Part shown: positions 52,507 through 62,498 of the stretch, in pieces | How positions within the stretch are numbered: the stretch's first letter is position 1 | Layout of the letters: each line of letters opens with the position of its first letter | NCBI GenBank assembly: GCA_963668645.2 | Contig: CAXXWC010000019.1 | Coordinates: 320,001 to 384,000 of the forward strand | Source: Desulfobacterales bacterium | Lineage (GTDB): Bacteria; Desulfobacterota; Desulfobacteria; Desulfobacterales; UBA2174 | DNA length: 64,000 nucleotides | Reading direction: 5' to 3' | The notes under the pieces: generated by a model | The model's input: only the letters and a program-made list of their open reading frames with translations | What the model was told of the DNA's origin: nothing | The model's database searches: none | Program-made: the position numbers and the translations under genes

Positions 52507-54441
52507 ATGGACGAGCACCGTGTCACGTTTTTACCTCACCACAGGACCGTGAAAATTCCCCACGGCGAGGTGCTGCTGCGCGCAGCCATGGAAGCCGGCG
52601 TGCACATCAACGCCTCCTGCGGCGGGACCGGCGGCTGCGGCAAATGCCGCGTTCTGATTACCAGCGGTACGGTGCAAGGCGGCGAGTCGACCCGGCTCAA
52701 GCCGCTGGAGATCCTCCAGGGTTACCGGCTCGCCTGCCAGGCCAGGGTCGTGGAGGACATCACCGTCGAAATCCCCCCGGAATCGCTGGTGGATGCCGGG
52801 GAACTCGACCGGCGCGCCGCCCCCCGGCAAACGGCCCGGGTCAAGGCCTTCAACCTGGAAAGCATCAAGGATCAGGGACTGTTCGTACCGGCGGTGGAAA
52901 AATTCTACGTCGACATGCAGCCCCCAAGTGCCGCCGATCACGAGCCGGACCTGACCCGGCTGGTCAAGGCCCTGCGGCAGGATTACGACGAACACCGGCT
53001 GGCGGCCGACCTGCCGCTGATCCGCCGGCTGCCTGAAACCCTGCGCGCCGGCGATTTCAAATCGACCGTGACCGTGCTGCGGCCGGTGCGCGAGGGGCGC
53101 ACCAACCGCCTGGTGCACATCGAGGCCGGCGACACCCGGACGCGCAACTGGGCTCTTGCCGTGGACATCGGGACCACCACGGTCTACTGCCAGCTCGTCG
53201 ACCTGAACACCGGAACGGTCGTGGCCCAGCATGGCGACTTCAACGGCCAGATCAGCTTCGGCGAGGATGTCATCAGCCGCATCGTGGCGGCGGAAAAAGA
53301 AGGCGGCCTGGAAAGGCTCAGCGCCGCCGTTCTGGAGACCCTCAACCGGGTGATCCGCCTGACCCTGAAGCAGGGCGGGGTCGGCCCGCAGGAAATCCCC
53401 ACCGTCACCATCGCCGGCAACACCACCATGACTCAACTCCTGCTCAAGGTCCCCCCGGGTGCCATCCGCCGCTCGCCCTACGTTCCGGCCGCCAGCCTCT
53501 ATCCGCCCATCCGGGCCCAGAGCATCGGCCTCCAACTCAACGACCACGCCCGCGCCCTGATCTTCCCTCAGGTCTCCAGCTATGTGGGCGGGGACATCGT
53601 CGCCGGGGTGATGGGCTCGGGGATGTACCGCAGCGAAGCCATGACCCTGTTTATCGATATCGGCACCAACGCCGAAATCGTCATCGGCAACCGCGACTGG
53701 ATGGCCTGCGCCGCGTGTTCTGCCGGCCCGGCCTTCGAAGGCGGCGGCATCCAGTTCGGCATGCGGGCCGAAAAGGGCGCCATCGAGGATTTTTCCATCG
53801 ATGCGGGGGGCCTTGAACCGATGCTGCTCACCATCGGCGGGGTCAAACCCCGCGGCATCTGCGGTTCCGGGCTGATCGCCATGGTGGCCCGCCTCTTCGA
53901 GGCCGGGGTAATCAACAACCAGGGCAAATTCCGCCAAGACCTGGACACCGACCGCATCCGCAAACGGAACAATGTCTGGGAGTATCTACTGGTGCGGGCG
54001 CCGGAAACCGCCGTGGGCCGCGACATCGTGCTCACGGAAATCGACATCGAAAACCTGATCCGCGCCAAGGGGGCGATCTACAGCGGCTGCATGACCCTGA
54101 TGGACGAAATCGGGGTGGGCATCGAAGGGATCGAACAGATCCTGCTGGCCGGCATGTTCGGCTCCTACATCGATCTGGCCCAGGCCATCACCATCGGCCT
54201 GCTGCCCGACATCGATCCCGACCGGATCCGCTACATCGGCAACGGCTCCCTGCTCGGCGCCCGCATGAGCGCCCTGACCAATCAGGTGCGCCGGGATGTG
54301 GGACGGGTAACAGCCATGATGACCAACTTCGAGCTGTCCGAAACCCACAGCTACATGGACCACTACATAGCGGCCCTGTTTCTTCCCCACACCGACATGG
54401 AACGTTTTCCGTCGGTGTTCAAGCGGTTGAACTCAAAATAG
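52507..54441 (+). CDS. ASKHA-domain reductive activator of corrinoid proteins (RACo-like) with N-terminal 2Fe-2S domain
   Basis: CGGTGGCGKC..LAC, AVDIGTTT, GEDVISRI, YVGGD, DIGTNAE, SAGPAFEG, GICGSG, GNGSL. Confidence 0.92.
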   Translation: MDEHRVTFLPHHRTVKIPHGEVLLRAAMEAGVHINASCGGTGGCGKCRVLITSGTVQGGESTRLKPLEILQGYRLACQARVVEDITVEIPPESLVDAGELDRRAAPRQTARVKAFNLESIKDQGLFVPAVEKFYVDMQPPSAADHEPDLTRLVKALRQDYDEHRLAADLPLIRRLPETLRAGDFKSTVTVLRPVREGRTNRLVHIEAGDTRTRNWALAVDIGTTTVYCQLVDLNTGTVVAQHGDFNGQISFGEDVISRIVAAEKEGGLERLSAAVLETLNRVIRLTLKQGGVGPQEIPTVTIAGNTTMTQLLLKVPPGAIRRSPYVPAASLYPPIRAQSIGLQLNDHARALIFPQVSSYVGGDIVAGVMGSGMYRSEAMTLFIDIGTNAEIVIGNRDWMACAACSAGPAFEGGGIQFGMRAEKGAIEDFSIDAGGLEPMLLTIGGVKPRGICGSGLIAMVARLFEAGVINNQGKFRQDLDTDRIRKRNNVWEYLLVRAPETAVGRDIVLTEIDIENLIRAKGAIYSGCMTLMDEIGVGIEGIEQILLAGMFGSYIDLAQAITIGLLPDIDPDRIRYIGNGSLLGARMSALTNQVRRDVGRVTAMMTNFELSETHSYMDHYIAALFLPHTDMERFPSVFKRLNSK

Positions 54442-54528
54442 GGGAAAGTGTCAGCTTCTTGGTTTGGCCTGATTTGTATGCGTATCACACGTTGATGCCA
54501 CCAGAAAAACACCCAATTTCTCCTTTTC

Positions 54529-54555
54529 GTCATTCCGGGCCTGACCCGGAATCCA
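54529..54555. repeat. Short REP-like palindrome
   Basis: GTCATTCCGGG-cctga-CCCGGAATCCA; shares GTCAT(T/C)CC with the repeat at 19986-20179. Confidence 0.5.
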
Positions 54556-54637
54556 TTTTCCAAAGCGCTCTGGCTGGGACTGGGAAAATCAATTTCCACC
54601 CGCCTCATGAAGGCATCGAAACTCAGGCGTTCTCGGC

Positions 54638-55401
54638 CTAATGAGACCATCTTGGGCTCCTTTCATGATAATCGGGTCTCACCGGACGGATCGGCGCGAC
54701 AGCCCCAGTCTGCGTCACGCCGTCCATGGGACTGCGCCCCCCTATAGAGCCTCGTTGCAGCACATGGGTGTAAATCATGGTCGTGCTCACGTCGTTGTGG
54801 CCCAGCAGATCCTGGACGGTACGGATGTCGTAGCCACTTTCCAACAGATGTGTTGCGTGACTGTGCCGCAGGGTGTGGGGCGTGACTAGTTTGTTGATTT
54901 TGGCTAACCAGCTTGCGCCTTGGCGGCCTCTTTCAGACCTCTTTCTTCAATGCGATGTTGATCAAAGTCGATGTCTTTGACACGCTGGCAAACGCATTCC
55001 ATCAGTCGCAACCCGATCACAAGCCAGTAAATGCCCTTAAGATAAACCATCACCCGATCGACCTCAGTCCTGTAAAGCACCACCGGCAGGCGCTTGGGAC
55101 GCTGGGCGCGCTGGGTGTCGATTTTTTGGTTGATTTCTAGGTTCAAGACGTGCTTATAGAGAAACACCAAATAGCAGAGGGCCTGATTCTGGGTGGATGC
55201 CGCCACATTACCGTCAACCGCCAGATAGGTCAGGAACCGCTCAATTTCCGCAGCTCCCATGTCCTTGGGGTGCTTCTTGTCATGAAACAGGATATAGCGT
55301 CTGATCCAGTCGCAGTAGGTCGCCTCGGTGCGGATGGAGTAGTGCTTGCGCCGGACGGTGTCTCGGACCTGATCGAACAGTTTTCGGGGAGGTCGTTCCA
55401 T
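54638..55401 (-). pseudogene. intI: Integron integrase, internally deleted and frameshifted
   Basis: RKHYSIRTEATYCDWIRRYILFH.KKHP, VAASTQNQAL, PKRLPVVL, then [39 protein letters not shown] in another frame; the GKG..KDR and integron-specific segment are absent. Confidence 0.92.
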
Positions 55402-55683
55402 GGGGTGCCTCCTTTCTCATCGGATAGCGTTTATGCATATCTGTACAAAATATCAACAATATATCAATATTTAAGTGCATATCTGCTTGATATGTTTAGC
55501 TATACAAAACATTTCGTCGGCTCTCTGAACCTCTTACAACGCATAGCGGCTAATTCATTGGGAGCGGCAATTGACGACCATATCGCTACCGGCGCCAAGA
55601 GGCGTCTAATTCGATACGCACGAATAGCATATCTCATTGATATTTTGTGGTATGTTGGCTTTATCGGTGAAGACACTCTAAAA

Positions 55684-55717
55684 TGGACGCCAATTGGCGT
55701 CCAATAATTGTTCGCAC
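55684..55717 (+). other. Putative attI site, crossover G/TT at 55710
   Basis: GTTCGCAC (55710) is the reverse complement of GTGCGAAC at the start of the first attC; preceded by a 20-bp palindrome. Confidence 0.75.
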
Positions 55718-55747
55718 AACATTAACGATTAAAAGGGGTATATTAAA

Positions 55748-58096
55748 ATGGTTAAACATTTTCAAGAAGTTTTGCAGATGTTAAGAGGCAGAAATATTCA
55801 ATTATTACAAAGTACGCCTAATTGGGATTTCTGGTCAGCCGAATACAAAACTCCCTCCAAATCGATAGTAGCTAATTATTTATATTTAAAATCTAAATGT
55901 CCTCTTAAAGAAGCTTCTGAATCAAATCTCGTTAGTTGGAGACGTTTCTCTAAAAACACAACATATGACGTTATTGTTACACCCAAAAGTACGCTTGCAA
56001 ACTCGGTCGAACAAACGAGAAAACATTTTAATGGACAAAACATATGGACATCAAGACAGTTAATAGAAGAAAATTTGCTGGCAGAGTTAGGTTTACGCAG
56101 TATTGAGATAGAACCTTATTTTATTGATCCTGATATTGAAGTAAACGGTGAGCATATTCAAAGTGCTACAACATATTTGACTAATTGGTTTCTAAAATCT
56201 TCTGACATTTCTAAATCATCAAATTCTTTTGGAATACTTCGTGCTAATGCAGGTGTCGGTAAAACTACTCTTGCTCGAATTTTATCAGATACTATTCATA
56301 AAAAAGATTTTAAAACGATACCCATTTTAGTTGAAGCAGAAACATGGAGACCTCATCTGCAAACCGATATTCAACTTGATAATATTTGGAATATGGCTAT
56401 CGCTGCACGATTTATAGATTCCTCACAACTAAATCAAATCGCTTTCCGAGTTCTAATTCGTGAAGGTATTTTTCCTATTATATTTGATGGTTTCGACGAA
56501 TTGTGTTTGAATCCTTATTCGACATATACACCTGCAGGATTTATTCAAGATTTAATTGAAACTTTAGAATCTGATGAGACTCCTGAAAATGCTAAAATCT
56601 TCTTAACAACAAGGGAAACATTTTGGCAGAGCTATTGCGAGGAAATTGATACAGAAAATATTGATTTATTTTTGCTTAGATCATTCAGTAATGAGAAAAG
56701 AAAGAAATATTTTCAAATAAGACTTGATGATCCCGCAGAGCGTGATAGTGCATTAAGAATAGCTGGTCAAATAAGTGGTAGATTATATGATGGCCTCAAT
56801 ATTGAAACGACTAATATTGACAGACCATCAGGTGTACCATTCATACTTGATATGATAGCAAGTTATGTTAAAGACAATCCCGAACCTAATATTAATCCTT
56901 ATGGTACAGACCCGCTTGCACCTCTTATTGAGGCGGTTTGTCGCAGGGAAAATATCAGACAGACATTAAATATTCAACATGATAAACAAATAGATCTGTT
57001 TGAAGAATTATTTCGAGATCACAATGAACTAATAACAACTGATGATATTCGTCTCTATTTAGAAGTTTACTGCAATATAGATGATGAAGGGGTTTTTAAT
57101 AGATTTCTGAATCATTTTTTCCTTTCAAGAAAAGAAAAGAATATATTCATACCACGTTATGAAGTTCTTAAAGTATATTTTGTGGCACGATTTTTAGTAA
57201 ATGGCCTAATAAATGAAAAAAGAAACGTTGATAGAAAGAAATTAGGTGATTTATTAGCGATGAGTTCTACTGGTGGAACTCAAATGATTGATTGGGTGGT
57301 TGGTCAATTGTTAGTTTTAGAAAAAAATATTTTGATTGAAGCAGTTCATCACGCATTGCAAATAATTAATGATCCTGTAAATATGTCGACAAGAAAACAA
57401 GCGGGAATGGCTATTTTTAACATTATTGCAAGATTAATATTGGAACAACGGGATAAAAAAATTAGATTAGAGCAGTTAGCTGAATATCTTAATGCTGAAT
57501 TTATAGACAACATCATAAGATTTAAAAATAATATGTTTACAGGCAACGTAAAAGCAATTGATTTCACTAATTGTGAATTTAAAAATTGCATGATTGTAAA
57601 TGTAGATTTTAAAAATTGTATTTTTAGTTCTTCAACTGTATTTGATGGATGTGAATTTAACGGCCAGCTAAAATTCACTAATTGTAAAGGCGAAAAGGAT
57701 TTTATAGAAATAAAGAGTGAATGTTCGAAAGAAGCACAATACTGTCTTGATCAATTATTTAGTAAAAATTCCGCTGAAGAAGTAAAGCAGTCATTTGCTG
57801 AAGACGCATTATACAGAGCTTTAAAAAAGTTCAAAGGGCAATTCGGATATGGTTCAATAAGATTCGATCATAGGTTAAAGGGCTTGCAGCCTTCTAACCC
57901 AGCAAGTAACCATGTTTGGGATGGTCTAATGAAAAACGGTATAGTTGATAAACATGAATTATCTAAATTTTCAGATATTGGTCTGCATTTGACAGAAAAC
58001 CACGATGTCAGAAAGGAAGTTATAACATTTCTTGACAATGGTTATTTGGGCATAAATCTTAGAAAAGTTATTGGCTATATAGCTGAAAAAATTTGA
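55748..58096 (+). CDS. Integron cassette 1: NACHT/STAND NTPase with pentapeptide-like repeats
   Basis: ANAGVGKTT (Walker A), IIFDGFDEL (Walker B), LTTRETF, PFILDMI, FTNCEFKNC..FKNCIF..FDGCEF. Confidence 0.82.
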   Translation: MVKHFQEVLQMLRGRNIQLLQSTPNWDFWSAEYKTPSKSIVANYLYLKSKCPLKEASESNLVSWRRFSKNTTYDVIVTPKSTLANSVEQTRKHFNGQNIWTSRQLIEENLLAELGLRSIEIEPYFIDPDIEVNGEHIQSATTYLTNWFLKSSDISKSSNSFGILRANAGVGKTTLARILSDTIHKKDFKTIPILVEAETWRPHLQTDIQLDNIWNMAIAARFIDSSQLNQIAFRVLIREGIFPIIFDGFDELCLNPYSTYTPAGFIQDLIETLESDETPENAKIFLTTRETFWQSYCEEIDTENIDLFLLRSFSNEKRKKYFQIRLDDPAERDSALRIAGQISGRLYDGLNIETTNIDRPSGVPFILDMIASYVKDNPEPNINPYGTDPLAPLIEAVCRRENIRQTLNIQHDKQIDLFEELFRDHNELITTDDIRLYLEVYCNIDDEGVFNRFLNHFFLSRKEKNIFIPRYEVLKVYFVARFLVNGLINEKRNVDRKKLGDLLAMSSTGGTQMIDWVVGQLLVLEKNILIEAVHHALQIINDPVNMSTRKQAGMAIFNIIARLILEQRDKKIRLEQLAEYLNAEFIDNIIRFKNNMFTGNVKAIDFTNCEFKNCMIVNVDFKNCIFSSSTVFDGCEFNGQLKFTNCKGEKDFIEIKSECSKEAQYCLDQLFSKNSAEEVKQSFAEDALYRALKKFKGQFGYGSIRFDHRLKGLQPSNPASNHVWDGLMKNGIVDKHELSKFSDIGLHLTENHDVRKEVITFLDNGYLGINLRKVIGYIAEKI

Positions 58097-58104
58097 CAAT
58101 ATGT

Positions 58105-58185
58105 GTGCGAACCCTTCGCTCAATCGGATTTGGCGGGGTTCCGCTGCGCTCCACCCCGCCAAACCGCTTAGCTCTATGTTGGGCG
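58105..58185 (+). other. attC site 1
   Basis: GTGCGAAC ... TTTGGCGGGGT/ACCCCGCCAAA stem ... GTTGGGCG. Confidence 0.88.
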
Positions 58186-58200
58186 CATAGGAAACTATAA

Positions 58201-59400
58201 ATGACACATGGAGTCACACCATCAGAGAGGTTTGTTTCATCTATTTGTGAGCGATCCTTTCTAAAATTGTGGACACATCCCAATCCAAAGGGGAAAAAAA
58301 ATAAGGAGTTATGCGATTGTCTTATTGTGTGTGGTCCCCACATAATAATTATTTCCGTTAAGGAATGCGATTATAAAGATACTGGAGACAAAACAGGCTG
58401 GGAACGCTGGGAAAGGGCCGCAATAGCAAAATCTGCCTCTCAAATATGGGGGGCAGAACGTTGGCTTCATACAGTAGATGAAGTTGTACGCCATGATGGT
58501 CGAAAAATCTCATTACCCGACAAGACAGAACGGATGTACCATCGAATCTCGGTTTCATTGGGTGGGAAAGACCAAGTTCCCTTGAAGTGGGGAGATCTTG
58601 GTAATGGTTTTGTTCATGTGTGCGATGAACATAGTGTTGGGGTTGTTTTCGGTGCCTTAGATACCATTACTGACTTCGTTGATTTTCTTGATGCAAGTGA
58701 AACATTAATTAAAAGTGGTGTAAGGCTTATATTTTCAGGTGGAGGTATTGAAGACCTTGTAGCCCTTTATATTATTCATGGTCGATCATTTGAGCTTTTC
58801 GATGATTCAAATAAACAGCCAGACATGCTCATATTAGATAATGATTTGTGGAAAGGGTTTCATAAGTCCGAAGATTATAAAGCAATCCAAAACGATTTAA
58901 AAGATTCCTATATTTGGGACCGCTTAATTGAATATTATGCTGATGATCTCCTCAATGATGGTATGTTTGATATGCATAGTAAGAAGGTAACAGATAACGA
59001 GTTGGCATTGGTAACAATGGCCTTACAACCAAGGAGTTATAGAGTAGTTCTTGCAGAAGCTTTTATGGAGTTTTTGCAAAATCCAGAATTGAAGGTAGCT
59101 TCGAGAGCGGCTAAAGGTTATCTTGAGACTGCATTTGTTTTTCTCATAGGAAAAAGTTCAGAGAGTGAAGATAGGATTCGCGAACTTGCGCTTAGGTGCT
59201 TAGTCATCCGGGGAAGACTCCCAGGAGTTACAACTGTTGTGGGGATTGCCACCGACAGACCAGGAACATCGAAAATTGGATATTCTTCAGGCATCGTGTA
59301 TATTCATATACCTGAATGGACAGATGAAATGGAAAAGAATGTTACTGGCATCCAGTCGGACTTGGGATATTTCAAAAATGCGCAGTGGACAAAAAGATAA
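58201..59400 (+). CDS. Integron cassette 2: protein with NERD/PD-(D/E)xK-like N-terminus
   Basis: SERFV...KELCDCLIV...IIISVKE; 399 aa, AT-rich. Confidence 0.65.
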   Translation: MTHGVTPSERFVSSICERSFLKLWTHPNPKGKKNKELCDCLIVCGPHIIIISVKECDYKDTGDKTGWERWERAAIAKSASQIWGAERWLHTVDEVVRHDGRKISLPDKTERMYHRISVSLGGKDQVPLKWGDLGNGFVHVCDEHSVGVVFGALDTITDFVDFLDASETLIKSGVRLIFSGGGIEDLVALYIIHGRSFELFDDSNKQPDMLILDNDLWKGFHKSEDYKAIQNDLKDSYIWDRLIEYYADDLLNDGMFDMHSKKVTDNELALVTMALQPRSYRVVLAEAFMEFLQNPELKVASRAAKGYLETAFVFLIGKSSESEDRIRELALRCLVIRGRLPGVTTVVGIATDRPGTSKIGYSSGIVYIHIPEWTDEMEKNVTGIQSDLGYFKNAQWTKR

Positions 59401-59416
59401 TGGTGAGATCATCCAT

Positions 59417-59478
59417 CGCCCAACAAGGCTAATTCAGCCGACGCAAAAAGCCGCGCGGCTGATTAGCGACGTTAGCGG
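59417..59478 (+). other. attC site 2
   Basis: CGCCCAAC (complement of GTTGGGCG) AAGGCTAATTCAGCCG...CGGCTGATTAGCGAC GTTAGCGG. Confidence 0.92.
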
Positions 59479-59494
59479 CATAGAGGAGAAATGA

Positions 59495-60319
59495 ATGAGG
59501 ACAGGTTTCATCAAAATGGAATATTATGAAACCTATTATTACGCAAACATAATTAGTAATGTCTTATCAGATCCATTTCCCTATATTAGGAACATACATG
59601 AATGGTACGAGGATAACGAGGATGAGATATTACTACCTGCATTTCCAAAGTGGAGTAGGTTGCATAGTTTCAGTGCTTTTTTAATTGAGTCTTTGGTTGA
59701 TGAAGAGATATCTGAAACGGTCGTTGAGAAACTTGTCAAAAATAGTCGTATGGAGCTATGGGTGGATCGAGCATTAAGATTTCATGGGTTCGAAACACCT
59801 GGCTTCTTAAATTGGCTAAATGAAAGTGGAAGGGACCTTGGTGGGCTTACTCAAGACGATATAGCTGATTATCACAATGAACAGTATCTATCTGGTGATT
59901 TAGAAAACTTAATTGATCATCTAAGTAGAGAAGTTTTTCAAATCCTTTTCCTCAATCGTAAATTATTGATGATATTTAATGAATTATTGGCAAGTACTCT
60001 GTCATCACACTACGACGATGATTTGCCTTTGAATTTAGAATACCTTTTTGAACGTCCTGGCAAGCTGAAGCGAGTTGCAATACCGGAATGGGTCAAAAAG
60101 GCTGCATTTCACAGAGACAGAGGTATGTGTTCGCAATGCGGAAAGGACATAAGCGGTTTAGTGATGTCACAGCCTGATAGACATTTTGATCACATAGTTC
60201 CATTGGCAGTCGGTGGCCTCAATGACGTTACAAACATTCAATTGCTATGTGGGCCATGTAATAAACAGAAATCGGCAAATCCATGGCCGGTATCAAGCCT
60301 ATATGAGACATGGTACTGA
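59495..60319 (+). CDS. Integron cassette 3: HNH endonuclease
   Basis: RDRGMCSQCG..HFDHIVPLAVGGLNDVTNIQLLCGPCNKQKS. Confidence 0.9.
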   Translation: MRTGFIKMEYYETYYYANIISNVLSDPFPYIRNIHEWYEDNEDEILLPAFPKWSRLHSFSAFLIESLVDEEISETVVEKLVKNSRMELWVDRALRFHGFETPGFLNWLNESGRDLGGLTQDDIADYHNEQYLSGDLENLIDHLSREVFQILFLNRKLLMIFNELLASTLSSHYDDDLPLNLEYLFERPGKLKRVAIPEWVKKAAFHRDRGMCSQCGKDISGLVMSQPDRHFDHIVPLAVGGLNDVTNIQLLCGPCNKQKSANPWPVSSLYETWY

Positions 60320-60320
60320 A

Positions 60321-60389
60321 GCCGCTAACAAGCAAATTAACTCGGATGCAAATTCCGCTGCGCTCCATTTGCACCGGTTATTTGCAGCG
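60321..60389 (+). other. attC site 3, interrupted at its R' box (continues at 63451 GTTAGGC)
   Basis: GCCGCTAAC AAGCAAATTAACTCGGATGCAAAT...ATTTGCACCGGTTATTTGCAGCG, then foreign sequence instead of TTRRRY. Confidence 0.88.
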
Positions 60390-60609
60390 AACCTCGCGGT
60401 AAGGCACAAAGTTATGCGCAATTGGGAGGGGCGGTCTTTAGGTGAAGCGGCAAATTTTAGCGGGTTAAAAAAAAGAAATGATGGTCCATTAATGCTATTC
60501 TCCCTGTTTGGAAGAATAGATTTTCAAAAATACAATAAATTGTCAACAGTTCTCCATACAGAAACGGATTTCTGTTAAAAAGTTAAAAAGAATAATGGCG
60601 AGGCATTTT

Positions 60610-61599
60610 TCATTCTCTTTTGGGTTTGTTCCTGTTTTGAAAACGCAGATTCAGAACTCCCGTATTGATAAGCTCTTTGACATAAACGATCGTCGGCAGT
60701 GTCTCGAGTGCTTGGCGTACCCTTTCCTGAGAGGGATGGATGTAGGGTTCGGTGCTGCGGCGGGTTGAAGAATGCCCGAGGATGCTCTGGATGATCAACA
60801 CGTCGACCTGCTTGTCGTTGAGATGGGAAGCCAGGCTGTGGCGCAGGGTGTGGCAGGAGACGTTAAACGGCAGGTTCAGCCCTGAGTGGGTCAGGATTTT
60901 TTTCAGATTGTCCTCCATGGTCCGGATGGCCAGACGGTTTCCCTTTTTGGATACGAACAGGGCCGGAGTCATCCAGTAGTTGAGGAACAATTGCCGGACG
61001 GCCAGGTAGTGGCAGAGCGTTTCGACCAGCTCATCGTTGAGATGAAGGGACCTGGGCTTGCGGCCTTTACCTATGACGTTGATCTTGCGGGATTCGAGAT
61101 CGATGGCGTTCAGATCCAGGCTGTGAACCTCACCTACCCGGAGCCCGAGCTGATACATGAGGGCATAAACAGCGTAGTCACGGATTCCCAGGACGGTTTT
61201 CGTGTCGATTGCGGCAAACAGGGTGTTTATCTGATCGGGGGTCAGGGCCTGGGGGCGACTGCGGTAGCCGGAACGGATTTTCAGGACATCGTAGAAAGGC
61301 AGATCCTTTGCACCCGACGGGTCGCACAGCTTGAGAAAATTGCCGTAGCTTCTCAAGGAGAATATCTTGCGGTTGACAGAAGCGCCGCAGTTGCGCCGTT
61401 GCTTTTTCAGATAATACTGAAAGTCGATGACAGCCGGTCCGTCGATGGCGTCGTAGCCGCCTGTATCGATGAAGTCCTTGAACAGATCCAGGTCGACGCG
61501 GTTGGTTTGCAGGGTCTGCTCGCTGAGGTCGTAGATCTGCCGGCGATAGTGGAAGAAGCGGTCGATGTGGCCGAAAAAGACACCGGGTGTAACGCTCAT
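60610..61599 (-). CDS. Tyrosine recombinase (third of trio)
   Basis: GLRVGEV, GKGRKPR, CHTLRHS, LGHSS..TEPYIH. Confidence 0.93.
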   Translation of the reverse strand: MSVTPGVFFGHIDRFFHYRRQIYDLSEQTLQTNRVDLDLFKDFIDTGGYDAIDGPAVIDFQYYLKKQRRNCGASVNRKIFSLRSYGNFLKLCDPSGAKDLPFYDVLKIRSGYRSRPQALTPDQINTLFAAIDTKTVLGIRDYAVYALMYQLGLRVGEVHSLDLNAIDLESRKINVIGKGRKPRSLHLNDELVETLCHYLAVRQLFLNYWMTPALFVSKKGNRLAIRTMEDNLKKILTHSGLNLPFNVSCHTLRHSLASHLNDKQVDVLIIQSILGHSSTRRSTEPYIHPSQERVRQALETLPTIVYVKELINTGVLNLRFQNRNKPKRE

Positions 61600-62498
61600 T
61601 GGAACCTTCCTTGGATGGAGACGCAGTCCAGGGCGTTTTGGATCATGTGATCGCAGACATGAACGTAGATGGCCGTATCGCAGATGCTATCATGGCCCAT
61701 CATGGCCTGGATTGCCCACAGGGGGATATGTTTGCGGTACATTTCGGTGGCAAAGCTGTGGCGCAGCATCCTTGGGGTGATGGGCGGATCGCACCCGGCC
61801 TTGCGGGACTGGTCCTTTACCATGCGCTGAAAACGGTTGTTGGAAAGAGCGGTGTAGTATTGGGCCGGGAACATGGGAGCATAGGGCCTGTGGGGGGAGT
61901 CGGGATGGTCCAGGTATTCCACCATGGTGTCAAACAGCCGGCCGACGACAAACAACGCCCGCTACTTTTTGTTTTTACCCCGGATGCGCAGCAGCCCGGT
62001 GCGTGCTGCGTGTCCGGTTTCAAAATCGCGCGCGCAAAGGCCTGTCACCTCGAAGGTTCGCAGACCCAGAGCCCACAGCAGCGAGACCATGGTGAAGTCT
62101 CTGAGCGAACGCCAGGTAGACCGATCGAAGGAATCGAGCAGCCGGAAGGCCTGGTCCGTGGAAGCCGGATTTGTTCTTTGCCGCCGTCGCCGGATGATCA
62201 GCGGCAGGGCCTCGGCGGGATTGGTATTGATGAACCCGGCCCTTCTAACGAAGGCAAAAATGCTTTTGAGGGCGTAGTGGTTGCTTTCGATGCGGCTGGG
62301 CCCCAGGCCTGATTTTTTCAAATGCGTCAGCCATTGCAGCAGGTGTTCGGGTTCAGCCTCAAGGGGATCGATGTGCAGACGGTGTTTTGCGTAGTCAAAG
62401 AAAGCCTTGGCGCCCAGGGCATAGGTTTCGATGGTGGATGGGTCAAAGACGTTGATTTTTTCAAGCTCACTTCGGTATCGTTGGATTAACTGCGGCAT
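61596..62498 (-). pseudogene. Tyrosine recombinase (second of trio) with in-frame TAG at 61962-61964
   Basis: MPQLIQRY (GGAGG RBS)...GLRTFEV...IRGKNKK*RALFVVG...PRMLRHSF...MGH..DTAIYVH all in one frame. Confidence 0.88.

Noticed and set aside
55400..55500. LexA box in the intI promoter (CTGTACAAAATATCAA)
   Set aside because: The right half does not match CTGT-N8-ACAG.
61962..61964. Pyrrolysine or programmed readthrough of the TAG
   Set aside because: No pyl genes or recoding signal visible in this window; a simple nonsense change or sequencing error is more parsimonious.
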